From a virus (lineage: Duplodnaviria; Caudoviricetes), in IMG/VR virus record IMGVR_UViG_3300032319_000930, positions 1-41,621 of that record: DNA of 41,621 nt; one strand, given 5' to 3'. A program made the translations under genes and the position numbers. Shown here piece after piece: positions 10,701 through 19,311 of this stretch. Every line of letters begins with the position of its first letter. Position 1 is the stretch's first letter. A model generated the notes under the pieces. That model saw only the letters and a program-made list of their open reading frames with translations, searched no databases and was not told the origin of the DNA.

Positions 10701-11682
10701 TATTGCTTTCGCAATGCCGAGCAGCAGTTGCACCAACAAGGGCACGACCCTCAGCGTCGAACTGAGCGTAGGCGGTAGGTGTAACCAGGTAGCCCTGATC
10801 TTGCTGACCGTCAAACGCAGTGGTGATGCACTGGGAGTAGTCTTGGGGAACACGCTCGATTGCAACAGAACCACCGACAATGTTTTGAATGTCGTAGGCA
10901 TTCTGCATAAACACGAAGTTGCTACCAACTGGTAGAACTTGGGTCACCACGGAGACATTGGCGTCAAAAGTGGTGGCAGAGATTGTTACAAAGCTGTTTT
11001 GCGAGTTGGATGCGGGGTCGATGTCGTTCACCAGTCCGGTGTCACGAACATAAACCGAGGCGCGAACAGCAGGGTTCGACTCGATAGCAGCACTCACAGC
11101 GACGGCAATCGCAGCGGAGATCTTGCGGTTATTAGCTTCGTCGCCGGCAACATAGTTGACGGGGATTGTAACGGGAACACCCAACCACTCACCACCAGAG
11201 GTGTAACCGGTGGAGCCATCACCAGCAACCAGCTTAAGACCGTTGATGGTCATCTGCACGTACACCACGTTGCCAGCCATCAGGGCGGAAGGCAGGGAGG
11301 TGCTGTTAAGCTTGGTGGCCGAAGGCATGAACTCGATCTCAACGATCTGGTTCGGAGTGCCAACGCGAACAACGCGAAGGTCACCCACTTGAGCGTTCTG
11401 GAAGAACTCGTTGACGCAATCGTAGCTCAGCAGGGGAATACGACCGTCGGGAACGGTTGAAGTACCGATACGAATCAGCTCCTTGTAATCAGCCAGAGAG
11501 GTGATCGGGATGGGAGTGTTGAAGGGGAAACGAGTTACAGGTACGTCCTCGTCAGTTTCGACGAGCATGTAAACAGTGCTGAAACCGGTTACATTGGCGT
11601 TAGCAGCCAGACCAGCCTGTTCATTGATGTACACACCGGGAGCTCCAGGAGTTACCCCGGTCCCGAGAGAAAATGTTGCCAT
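7711..11682 (-). CDS. tail sheath protein, enlarged (1323 aa)
   Basis: N-terminal PGVYINE. C-terminal sheath motifs YYGPW, IPPS..V.G, PPAG, G.NAIR, IWGGRT, FVNTR, GALFG....AF.V.CD...N, PVPTLERI.I. Confidence 0.9.
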   Translation of the reverse strand: MATFSLGTGVTPGAPGVYINEQAGLAANANVTGFSTVYMLVETDEDVPVTRFPFNTPIPITSLADYKELIRIGTSTVPDGRIPLLSYDCVNEFFQNAQVGDLRVVRVGTPNQIVEIEFMPSATKLNSTSLPSALMAGNVVYVQMTINGLKLVAGDGSTGYTSGGEWLGVPVTIPVNYVAGDEANNRKISAAIAVAVSAAIESNPAVRASVYVRDTGLVNDIDPASNSQNSFVTISATTFDANVSVVTQVLPVGSNFVFMQNAYDIQNIVGGSVAIERVPQDYSQCITTAFDGQQDQGYLVTPTAYAQFDAEGRALVGATAARHCESNNFKWMALADPGPFLITDVNKYQDYTPHKASADLVTGLKYLVDNAIYEWTGTDVTYDKLTYQSIVAGQSAETAVNESANLVADSIQVGLLDDGRYTINAVPTATNGVFQLSSTQFWPVTLPIQKVSFTGANSGNDFTAVTVAGSGAPAFSLNGTEVYVIAPPYNTATDSEYSQNYVLLATNAVDAGNIYNAVILAGGSQFVAAPINGSVVIAAPTGDTAVVSYVDPKWDLPVTINGQTSDLIENISGANAGVNTLHLPGTLQDATESYILNWVSRTIYNPAAAGLITSYPGTLVTTGSALFTVLNHGLVSGQRIFFTQPIATTVSGITTNLVSATTKLVTRSYWVKVLTANTFVIANSLGNYTAGSFIARGSGTLSTLPTIFYSQVLGRGLTNVSSIELLTLPMVRARKYEFDSNAVFNAALDATVAPSGVAVTDPATSIFLNNSAVILGEDQITPYGEDLSATSLCGYLPAMNLVNPTLNPVSAITNAYCVPTVDQFFQPEAYFVPSIGSIAIGTYNGALQGTIGPVATLSVVLGGAPTLANGVYNNIPVTLGSGTGLTVTITITGGVVFSAAVNNGGQGYDVTDTGLTLPAGFGGATLAVASLAGPVGSVVATSGTYGTNLASVNVVAAASAAQLNTQLAALTGTYFDVTVAGTAPNGAAVVLGDRIAVTFDGSNYSWVVVPAASLGGDLTSVGQPCYGGQVELVFTPEQGVPATLWRFDAITSTEIIDNALRGVGFNGVPQAAFVDAGVDNVNRLLDDSQRYFNPFGFIAYYGPWIKNGSGVYIPPSPYVTGVAVRRYRSEGYQFPPAGVKYQLADAVSAQIPINSAQQNLLSPKGCNAIRTLPGYPQSAVFIWGGRTRVNSADAQQKLYQFVNTRVILNIVYGSLRTAFDNQIFNVIDGFGVIYNQIISVGNSVLNQLYVQGALFGARPADAFQVICDARINPPESIENGIVNAKVFVTPVPTLERIQIDLIRVAIGKMQEELDIRGLGQSNS

Positions 11683-11778
11683 GTTTTTACAGGAATGAAC
11701 CCTCTTTTTTCAGCTCGGCTACCGGCGAGGGCAGGTTCCGTTTAGGTCACCGTAGTGGCTAAGCTTACTACTAGGGTT

Positions 11779-12150
11779 TTACCCGTTCTGTGAACCTGTA
11801 ATGGCTTGTGCGGAGTCCAGGGTTATACCGTTGATTGTATCGCGTTCCACTACTCCTTGCACTGTGTAGCGGCCTAGGGCAACGTTGTACGACGCCTCGG
11901 TCTCGTAAGGGAAAATATCATCGTATGTTGTTACGTTGACAGCTCCGAAAATAAAGTTCCCCTGAGAAAGGCCTCCAGCGCCACCGTTTTGTCCACTTAT
12001 CAACAACTGAGCGCCGATTGGAGGCAATTCGGTTACGGTCCACTGGGGATTTTGCTCCAGCACTTCGCGATACGAGAGTGAATCCTCAAAGTAGAGGTAA
12101 CCGAGTTTCCTCCACGTGAACTGGGGTTGATACGGGACAGAGATGGCCAT
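11779..12150 (-). CDS. tail X / LysM-like baseplate protein
   Basis: TWRKLGYLYF.D...Y.EVLEQNP.....PIGAQL.I resembles P2 gpX/LysM. Confidence 0.6.
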   Translation of the reverse strand: MAISVPYQPQFTWRKLGYLYFEDSLSYREVLEQNPQWTVTELPPIGAQLLISGQNGGAGGLSQGNFIFGAVNVTTYDDIFPYETEASYNVALGRYTVQGVVERDTINGITLDSAQAITGSQNG

Positions 12151-12521
12151 TAGAAACGTTTCTGAGCGCGGGCGAGGAGGCGGGCACCGATTGAAGTGCC
12201 ACGAGTCAGTTCAAAACCGCTTTCCTTGGCTACTTCAGCAGCAGCTTTCTCGAGGGCGACTGGGTTTGCGGGTACAAACACGTTTTCGTCAACGGACCTT
12301 TTGGAGAGTTTTTCGCGAATGTCTGTTTGAATCTTCTCAGCAGGTGTTGCTTCGGGAGCGGCTACCGGCTCTTCGTTAAGGGACTCGGTTTCCAGGTTGA
12401 CCGGAGTTTTGTCTTCCTGCTCAATCACCGGGCTCTGGATTTTGTCGGGCTCAGGTGTTACCTGAAGATCCCCAACAGCGGGTTCGGTGTTTTTTGCAGT
12501 TCGTGTGCGTGTCATTGTCAT
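12150..12521 (-). CDS. hypothetical protein (acidic, Pro-rich, probably disordered)
   Basis: ATGA overlap with the upstream stop at 12518-12521. Fills the gap in the operon. Confidence 0.6.
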   Translation of the reverse strand: MTMTRTRTAKNTEPAVGDLQVTPEPDKIQSPVIEQEDKTPVNLETESLNEEPVAAPEATPAEKIQTDIREKLSKRSVDENVFVPANPVALEKAAAEVAKESGFELTRGTSIGARLLARAQKRF

Positions 12522-12931
12522 CGTTTTCGTGAAAGGATATTTTTCCAAGCAATCGGTACGATTTGCTCGAGAGAGATGTCTGGAACACCCATCCAGGGGC
12601 GTGCCGGTTGTCGGCCGATTCCAAACTGATTATCCGGACCATAGTCAGTGGAACGGACAAGAAAGCGGTTTCCTTGGGTGAAGATGTAAGCCGAGTCGAG
12701 CATTGTTCCAGTTGCTCGTAAAATGGGTTGACCGGGGTACTTCTTGGCTTTCCAGGCTGCGTAGCGAGGATTGAGTTGAGCCCAGGGTCGTCCCGTTGTC
12801 GGATCAACTTCTTTTCTCCAGAACGCAGGATGGTCGTCCAGAAGAACAGGCGTCCATTCTTCCTTCGTAGGTTTCCACCAGTTCAAGTTCATGGGAACGA
12901 GTCCGTTGCCTTGAGTCTTGAATCGAATCAT
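12518..12931 (-). CDS. phage virion morphogenesis / tail completion protein (Mu gpG / P2 gpS-like)
   Basis: DP.TG.PWA.L..Y..WK, IL..TG.M..S, Y....QFG...PARPWMG. Start at 12931 through an ATGA overlap. Confidence 0.75.
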   Translation of the reverse strand: MIRFKTQGNGLVPMNLNWWKPTKEEWTPVLLDDHPAFWRKEVDPTTGRPWAQLNPRYAAWKAKKYPGQPILRATGTMLDSAYIFTQGNRFLVRSTDYGPDNQFGIGRQPARPWMGVPDISLEQIVPIAWKNILSRKR

Positions 12932-13353
12932 CTTCTTCTCTTGGCTGACTTTTTGGCTTCTTTTTCTTGCTCTTCGGCATGGTTCTTGACGACCTGAATC
13001 ATGGTCTGAACCTTGCTCATTGGCTGTTCTTCCAACCAATCAATCGAGGAACCCCATCGTTGCTTGCATAAATGGTAAGCCACCTCAAGCCAGTTCTCGA
13101 CAGTTAAAACATTCTCATTTAAAATGTTTTCGCTAACCCATTTAAACATTGACCGAGTTTGAGGCATTGACGCGGAGTCAAAAACCTCTGGGTTGAGAAC
13201 TAAACGGTACAGAAGAGAGACAAAACTTTCCTCCTTTTGCCGAAGTATCTGAGCAAAATAAAAGTCTTTCGGTCTAATCTCCCGCAAGTGAAAGACTGGA
13301 CCAGACCCTGAGGACACGAGGTAAGTGAAATCCTCAAGATCTTCAACGATTAG
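12928..13353 (-). CDS. tail assembly chaperone, post-frameshift (GT) segment
   Basis: Open in the -1 frame from the slippery site CCCAAAC (13353-13359) to the stop at 12928. Confidence 0.7.
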   Translation of the reverse strand, partial: LIVEDLEDFTYLVSSGSGPVFHLREIRPKDFYFAQILRQKEESFVSLLYRLVLNPEVFDSASMPQTRSMFKWVSENILNENVLTVENWLEVAYHLCKQRWGSSIDWLEEQPMSKVQTMIQVVKNHAEEQEKEAKKSAKRRR

Positions 13354-13676
13354 TTTGGGTCTTCGTCCTCACTGCCGCTGGCGTCTCCCACCAGGCTACT
13401 GAGTTTCTTGAAGTCACGCACACCGAGGTCAAGGATTTCCTCGTAGGTGATTTTATCGTCGCCTACAATCAGGCGTTCGATGATTTTCATGCCTTTCTCG
13501 ACATCGCCAGCTTTTGACAGATCTTTTTCCATGAAGATCAGATCACGACCCGTCATTTCACGGATTGTGATCGTCCGTCCGTCGCTAATGGTGGTTGAGA
13601 AAGTTTGAAGAGCAGGTTTAGCTGCTTTTTTGGTTGTCGGTGTAGATTGCACCGAGTCGTCGGAAATAGTACGCAT
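13350..13676 (-). CDS. tail assembly chaperone (G)
   Basis: GRTITIREMTGRDL...EEILDL..RDF..L is a chaperone pattern. Ends C-CCA-AAC-TAA. Confidence 0.75.
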   Translation of the reverse strand: MRTISDDSVQSTPTTKKAAKPALQTFSTTISDGRTITIREMTGRDLIFMEKDLSKAGDVEKGMKIIERLIVGDDKITYEEILDLGVRDFKKLSSLVGDASGSEDEDPN

Positions 13677-13679
13677 GGT

Positions 13680-13913
13680 TTAGTGTTCTCGCGTTTGATT
13701 GATTTTACCCTGGGCAGCAATTATGCGATCCTCTAGATTTTGATCAAAGAAATTGCCCGGAAGCTTCAGGTAAAGATTCAGAGCGATTCTAAAACTAAGG
13801 TCCGCATCTTCGTTTTTGCCAAGGGCTAGACGGTCTTCTACGTCGTCAAGCCACACTTTGATAACCTCGATGCGGAACTCCTCGTCTATGGGAAGAGGGA
13901 ATGGCATGGTCAT
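13680..13913 (-). CDS. hypothetical protein
   Basis: ATG at 13913 overlaps the upstream stop (TAATG). Helical, 77 aa. Confidence 0.55.
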   Translation of the reverse strand: MTMPFPLPIDEEFRIEVIKVWLDDVEDRLALGKNEDADLSFRIALNLYLKLPGNFFDQNLEDRIIAAQGKINQTREH

Positions 13914-14098
13914 TACAGTGCTTTTAACATATTTACTGCGGCCTGAACGTTGAAATAATCCGAGTTGTAAGCACATTCCACGGAGGAAGGGATTACACGA
14001 TTTTTCTTGTCGTAGGGCACAGTTAGAAAATAGTTGTCGATGACACCTTGGAAAAGTTGGACACCAACATTTTCAACACGGGATCTTTTGCGTTTCAT
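13913..14098 (-). CDS. hypothetical protein
   Basis: 61 aa, translationally coupled to the polymerase stop (TGATG). Confidence 0.5.
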   Translation of the reverse strand: MKRKRSRVENVGVQLFQGVIDNYFLTVPYDKKNRVIPSSVECAYNSDYFNVQAAVNMLKAL

Positions 14099-16872
14099 CA
14101 GATGACTCCTTTTTTAATAGCTTCGTAGCGAGTGTTTAGTTTTTGAACGGCGCCGATTTCAGCAAGTTCGTACATCGAGTATTCTTCACCGAAGGGTTCG
14201 TTCTCCCCGCCAGGATTTGACAAGGTAACAGTCTTTTCTTTGGGAGTTTTGCGCAGACGGTTGTCAATCGCAACGCTTGAGAAGAATGCCCGAGACAGTG
14301 GGAGCTCAGGGATTCCCACTGCCGAGTGAAACAGAGACCAAGTGTAAACGTGAGCAATCTGAAACAGAACTGCAAACTGTTCTGCGTAACGATCCGGGGT
14401 CATAAACCAAATCTCGTCATGAATGCTGAGAACAAACCGGCATGGGATTTTGTATTCCTCGGCCAGCCAGTGGACAGAAGTGAGCATGATTGAGAGAATC
14501 TCGGCACCGGAAGATTGGATGGTCCAGTTTACTCTTCCCGTGCGAAAGTCATCGCCAACAGCGGCGGGTCGCATTGCGGTAGAGATTTTGGTCCCAAGGC
14601 ACGGAAGCGTAGGCAGCTTGGACCGCATTGCGATTTCCTCCATGTAGTTGAAACAACCACTGTCAGAACCTCCCTCGTACAGACCGCCGCGCAGCTTGCC
14701 CTTCTTGCCTTCCAACATGCGGTAAGCAAAGTTTTTCACCTCGGTTGGCGACTTTTCGGGATACTTGCGGCGGATGTAAGTTTGCACGGCACGCACACCG
14801 GCACCATACAGGATCGAGAAACCAGCGATTTTGGCAGTGTCGCGGTCTACGCCCGCCAACTTCGCGAGCGCAGAGTGCGGGTCCGTGCCCGCTTCTTTGC
14901 TTCCACTCAACACATTGTAGCCGAATGGGGAGCACCCGACGTGACCGCCCTCCCAAGCGTCGCTGTATATCGCCGCAATCTGCATTTCCTGACCGTCAAA
15001 GTCAGCACCCACAATCTTCCACCCATCGGGGGCTTGCACTCTGGATTTCAGCTCGGTGCCAATACGCCAGTTTTTGGTGGAGCACATTGTTACCATCAAA
15101 GATTCCACGGTGCGGCGAGTCACGGTGCCGTGGCACAAGATTTCGGGAAGGGTTACTAGGGCATCCTCACCGTGAGGATTGTGGGCGCGAAGAAAAATGC
15201 GGTCCATAACCCGTTTGCGCACCGAAGTCCAGTATGACACAGCGTTTGCGATTTCAAGCGCACGCTTAGCTTCCGGAAGATCGGAACTCAAACGGCCAAC
15301 CTTCATGTCGTCCACAAAGTCTTTGCTTAAAACACCGCCAACATTGTCGCCATTACCCTTCGGGTGCGGGATTTTAGTTAGTACACCTTCTTCGTTGTAG
15401 AAACACCAGCCCTTGTCTTTGGTTAGGATCATCGGGGTATTTTCCCACTGCAACTTAAGAAGCAAGTGGGAAAGGTTGGATTTCACGCCGATGTGTGTGT
15501 CGGGGTCTTTGATGAAAGGACGCATCCAGTTGGGCACGTGGGCATACTTGCCCTTCTCCGTTTTCACGTCCCAATCCAACTGGGCCAACCAAGGGTCTTT
15601 CGCTACCCAACGCTCGGCCATACCTGGTTCGGCAAAGTATAGTTCACGCCAATCCTCGTAGTTCGCCCGGACAAGATCCTGGCAGAGTTTGGTCATCTCT
15701 AGGTTGTGCTCCTCAAACACCTGTTCAACATTTTGAATCCACTCTTCCCACTGGGGGACCAAGGGCACAATAGAACCGTTCAAGTGGTAATGTCCGCACA
15801 AAGCAACGGGACTTGGTGTGGCATCCAGATACTTGGGCCACAACGCCTGGAAGAGTTCGGCAGTGTAGAAAGCGTCTTTGACGGCATAGTCGACAGCCTC
15901 GGTCAGCATCTGACGGATTTGGCTCAGATTTGTGGCGGTAACAAAAATGTTACGGAGTTCTTTGTCGCCGGCACCCAAAGGTTGAACGTTATCGCCGAAA
16001 AACTTGCGAACTTCGTAAACATGGAAGTTGTAAACGGCAACCAGGGAGTTGGTAGAACCCTCATCCAGCCACTTGGGTGCATACCTCAGTTTTCGCTTCT
16101 CTTCGTTAGTAAGATCCTCAGGGTCCTTACCGGCCAGAACGTAAAGCCAACGTTGGCCACCGGCAAGACCAGATACGCCAATGTGTGCAGATAGAGTGTC
16201 AAAGTAAAAATTTTCGGGTTTGGTATTTTCGAGGCTGTATCCCTCGCGCGCACGCACGCGATCGTAGGAAATGTTGTGACCCGCGATGAAACGGTTTTTG
16301 CCTACCGGAATCAGATCGTATTGATCCCACTGATCTTCGGGCAGAGAGGGGTCAATCAGTTCGCTAGCGAGCCAAATGTACGCGGCCTCGGCAGAAAGCG
16401 CCGTGCCGATGATTGGGAACGCACCGCCATGCACGAACGTCTCGGTGTCAAACGTGAAAGCGTCCTCCAAGGGGTAAGGAACTTGCTCGGTGAACCAGCC
16501 AGCAGCTGCGTCATTCTCGACCCAGGTGTAGCGAGTCCAGCCGGACTCAAACTTGATGACCTCTACTGGAGGCAGAGGGGGAAGTTTGCAGTTCGCAAAG
16601 TCATCGGCCCACGTTTTGTACTGGCCGATTTGCTCTTTGGCGATAGCGGCAAAGTGCTCCTGAATATCGTTACCCTTGAGATCAGGTAACGGCAGGGGGC
16701 CATCGTAAAGGTGTTCCGGATAGTCAACCGGAGTTTGAATATCAAACTCACCGAGTAAGTTTTCCGCTTTTTGTTTGGCAAGGCGACTCATTGCGGGAGC
16801 AGTCTGCCTACCAAAAATCCTCTCGGACAAGGTGTTCGAAAGGATCGGATAGCCTAGGGGTGTTGTACGCAT
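14098..16872 (-). CDS. family A DNA polymerase, mitochondrial Pol-gamma-like
   Basis: Exo motifs FDTET, GHNISYDR, FDTLSAHIGVSG, YAVKD. Pol motifs GTVTRR.VE, IGTELK..VQAP.G.KIVGADFDGQE, GTD.HS, RD.AK....LYGAG, NWTIQSSG, SIHDEI. All are colinear with POLG/MIP1. Confidence 0.92.
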   Translation of the reverse strand: MRTTPLGYPILSNTLSERIFGRQTAPAMSRLAKQKAENLLGEFDIQTPVDYPEHLYDGPLPLPDLKGNDIQEHFAAIAKEQIGQYKTWADDFANCKLPPLPPVEVIKFESGWTRYTWVENDAAAGWFTEQVPYPLEDAFTFDTETFVHGGAFPIIGTALSAEAAYIWLASELIDPSLPEDQWDQYDLIPVGKNRFIAGHNISYDRVRAREGYSLENTKPENFYFDTLSAHIGVSGLAGGQRWLYVLAGKDPEDLTNEEKRKLRYAPKWLDEGSTNSLVAVYNFHVYEVRKFFGDNVQPLGAGDKELRNIFVTATNLSQIRQMLTEAVDYAVKDAFYTAELFQALWPKYLDATPSPVALCGHYHLNGSIVPLVPQWEEWIQNVEQVFEEHNLEMTKLCQDLVRANYEDWRELYFAEPGMAERWVAKDPWLAQLDWDVKTEKGKYAHVPNWMRPFIKDPDTHIGVKSNLSHLLLKLQWENTPMILTKDKGWCFYNEEGVLTKIPHPKGNGDNVGGVLSKDFVDDMKVGRLSSDLPEAKRALEIANAVSYWTSVRKRVMDRIFLRAHNPHGEDALVTLPEILCHGTVTRRTVESLMVTMCSTKNWRIGTELKSRVQAPDGWKIVGADFDGQEMQIAAIYSDAWEGGHVGCSPFGYNVLSGSKEAGTDPHSALAKLAGVDRDTAKIAGFSILYGAGVRAVQTYIRRKYPEKSPTEVKNFAYRMLEGKKGKLRGGLYEGGSDSGCFNYMEEIAMRSKLPTLPCLGTKISTAMRPAAVGDDFRTGRVNWTIQSSGAEILSIMLTSVHWLAEEYKIPCRFVLSIHDEIWFMTPDRYAEQFAVLFQIAHVYTWSLFHSAVGIPELPLSRAFFSSVAIDNRLRKTPKEKTVTLSNPGGENEPFGEEYSMYELAEIGAVQKLNTRYEAIKKGVI

Positions 16873-16923
16873 CGGCGATAGGTTGTGTATGTTTCTATTA
16901 TAGGTTGTTTTTTGCGCGGTAAA

Positions 16924-19281
16924 CTAGAGAGCAGCGATGGCGGCCTGGGCTCCCTTGACGAGAGCGAAATTGGCTAGCGGGTTGCCAGCAGGTAAAACAG
17001 AGGCAGGGTTGGAGTAATCATTCGAGAGCTGCCACATGAACACGGCCCGGATGCCCAAGTTGGACGATGCTTGAACCTTGTCAGCGATTGTATCCACCGA
17101 GTCGAAGCCCCAGATGGCTGTTGTTGGGTTGTAGTAGAAGTTGGCCTGAGTCGTAGGATTGGGATTGACTATGGGGACAGCAGCATTAAGGCGACCAAGC
17201 ATAAATTGCGGATCTGCGACGCCACCAGAACCTGCGACACGAACGATCTGGTCGTAAGGGGTTCCGTTGTTGGTGAATGCTTGGCCACTGGCGCTATTGC
17301 GCCCATAACCAGCAATGCCCATACCCAGTTTATCGCGAGTCACACCTTGGTCAAGGAACCACTGAACGCTTTGAACCGAGCGACCAACGCCGGTTTGGTT
17401 GTAGACCGCGACGTTTCCAGGTTGATAAGGAGATTGGTCCAGGTTGTTCGGGTCATCGTAGGTCATGATGTTGATTTGATCAACATAAGACTGACATGCA
17501 AGTGCTGTGCTTATTTTTAAGTCAGGGTCGGCCAGAGACAGAGGTGGGATGATGGTTAGATGGACTTCGTACGAGGAGTTGAGTGCTTTCACAGCTGCCT
17601 GGATCTTCTGGCAGAGAAGCGCCATGTTAGCAGGGACACAAGGCTGACCGACAGGTTCATAGTCAAGGTCAACGCCAACTGCCCCAGTAATCTGCACGAG
17701 TTTTGCAATCTGGTCGGCAGCAGTCTGAGCCAGACCGGCACTGCCGCCAGCTTGGTCCATGTACTGAGACAGGTTGTATCCGCCAATTGACAGGATTAGG
17801 TTTTTAGTCGTCCAGGCTGTCTGCTGCGAGAGGTAGTAGACCGAGTTCTTGATTGCGTAAGCAGAGTAAGCATAGTCTGGATTAGTTGGGCTAACGTAAC
17901 CACCGGACACTGACCCCGTATTATTTGCCCAATCAGTGCCACCAGCGTTTAACACCAAAGCAGCTGAGTTGCCAACATTCGTACCAAAGTATAGCTTACC
18001 GTCGGAATAGATTTGGGCTTCAATAAGGATGTAAAACTTATCGAGCGAAGGTAAAAGGGTGTTGATATTGGACGCCCGCATATTGGGGTTGAGTCCGACA
18101 TAGGAACCATCAGGGTAAACGCCACCGGTATTGCGATACTGGTAAAGGTCAATGTACACCCCGAGTTCCGGGGTAGAGGGCGTAACCCCGGGCGTAATGG
18201 AGATAACCACACTTGTGGTCCCAACCTGCTGTGTATAACCAGGATTGGAATAAAGTGCTATGCCAAGAGTATAAGGACCACCAGCCGGCAAAGATGCGGC
18301 TAAGGTTTGAGTGAAGCTGGCTGTGTTTGAAGTGACAGTTGCCGTACCTTGCAAAACATTGGAAGTGAAGAACGAGGAGGTGATCCCGCTACCAAACATC
18401 CTCCAGTACACCACAGTACCATCGGTGACATTAGTTGTTGCTACGGACGTAGAGATAACCGTATTTTCAGTTGCGGCTGTTGGGGTTGTTGACAGAGTGT
18501 AGGTTGGGATTGCCGGCGGTGGCGGCGGAGTTGCACCAACCAAGACACCAACGGGGGGCGGCGTAGCGTTGTTCCCCACAGAAAACATGTAACTATAGGG
18601 GATGGCCTGGGAGTTATTGTAGGGCGGCACAAACGGTGCGACTTGGTTTTGGAAGAAGCGGCGAGGCACTTGGTTCCACTTAGGTTGGCCCGCAGGAGAA
18701 ACATTGGTGACAGACGCAACTGTTACTGCGAAATCGGATCCAGAACCAAGGGGACCAGGGGAGGCAACACCGAGACCATTGCCAGCAGCGTAGTCACTGC
18801 CAGGGGTATTCAGGGTGACTACTGTCACAAACCCACTTGCATCAACAGTGATGTCTAGGGTGGCGCCAGTACCAGAACCGCCGATGGTGGGGACATTGGT
18901 ATAAGTGCCAGGTGTGTAGTTATATCCGGCCTGAACTCTGCCGAAAGAGGCAACAGCACCAGTCTGAAGTGTGAACGAGTTGACGCTGTAGTGGAACATC
19001 GTCGGGTCGCCGGGGTTCACACCGTAGCCGTTCGGTTGGAGCTGGGTGTAGTACTCCATGTAGTTGGTAGTCCAACCCTTGAGTGCCGGACGTGTTTCTA
19101 CAAGGGAGGGTAAATCAACCGGCGGAGTCAGCGTTTCCGGGTACTGCCAAGCCTTTTCGTTGATTGTGTTCGGTACCGTCGATTGGTAACCAGTAAGGAT
19201 TATATTGCCGTAGTCTTCGAGTTCAGTTGGAGTAAACTGCGCAGCAACTTCCTGCGCCATAAGAACTGTGCGTGGGATCAT
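16924..19281 (-). CDS. GH18 chitinase-like glycoside hydrolase with an N-terminal structural (fibre-like/Ig-like) region
   Basis: LSIGG, GVDLDYEP (DxDxE), INIMTYD, KLGMGIAGYGR, VFMWQL. Pro-rich linker. Confidence 0.85.
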   Translation of the reverse strand: MIPRTVLMAQEVAAQFTPTELEDYGNIILTGYQSTVPNTINEKAWQYPETLTPPVDLPSLVETRPALKGWTTNYMEYYTQLQPNGYGVNPGDPTMFHYSVNSFTLQTGAVASFGRVQAGYNYTPGTYTNVPTIGGSGTGATLDITVDASGFVTVVTLNTPGSDYAAGNGLGVASPGPLGSGSDFAVTVASVTNVSPAGQPKWNQVPRRFFQNQVAPFVPPYNNSQAIPYSYMFSVGNNATPPPVGVLVGATPPPPPAIPTYTLSTTPTAATENTVISTSVATTNVTDGTVVYWRMFGSGITSSFFTSNVLQGTATVTSNTASFTQTLAASLPAGGPYTLGIALYSNPGYTQQVGTTSVVISITPGVTPSTPELGVYIDLYQYRNTGGVYPDGSYVGLNPNMRASNINTLLPSLDKFYILIEAQIYSDGKLYFGTNVGNSAALVLNAGGTDWANNTGSVSGGYVSPTNPDYAYSAYAIKNSVYYLSQQTAWTTKNLILSIGGYNLSQYMDQAGGSAGLAQTAADQIAKLVQITGAVGVDLDYEPVGQPCVPANMALLCQKIQAAVKALNSSYEVHLTIIPPLSLADPDLKISTALACQSYVDQINIMTYDDPNNLDQSPYQPGNVAVYNQTGVGRSVQSVQWFLDQGVTRDKLGMGIAGYGRNSASGQAFTNNGTPYDQIVRVAGSGGVADPQFMLGRLNAAVPIVNPNPTTQANFYYNPTTAIWGFDSVDTIADKVQASSNLGIRAVFMWQLSNDYSNPASVLPAGNPLANFALVKGAQAAIAAL

Positions 19282-19311
19282 TGCGCCACTCGGGATATAT
19301 TAGGTTTTACC

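Noticed and set aside
14098-19281. Eukaryotic or mitochondrial contamination suggested by Pol-gamma and chitinase
   Set aside because: The genes are intronless, tightly coupled to phage genes and carry the phage's own promoter motifs.
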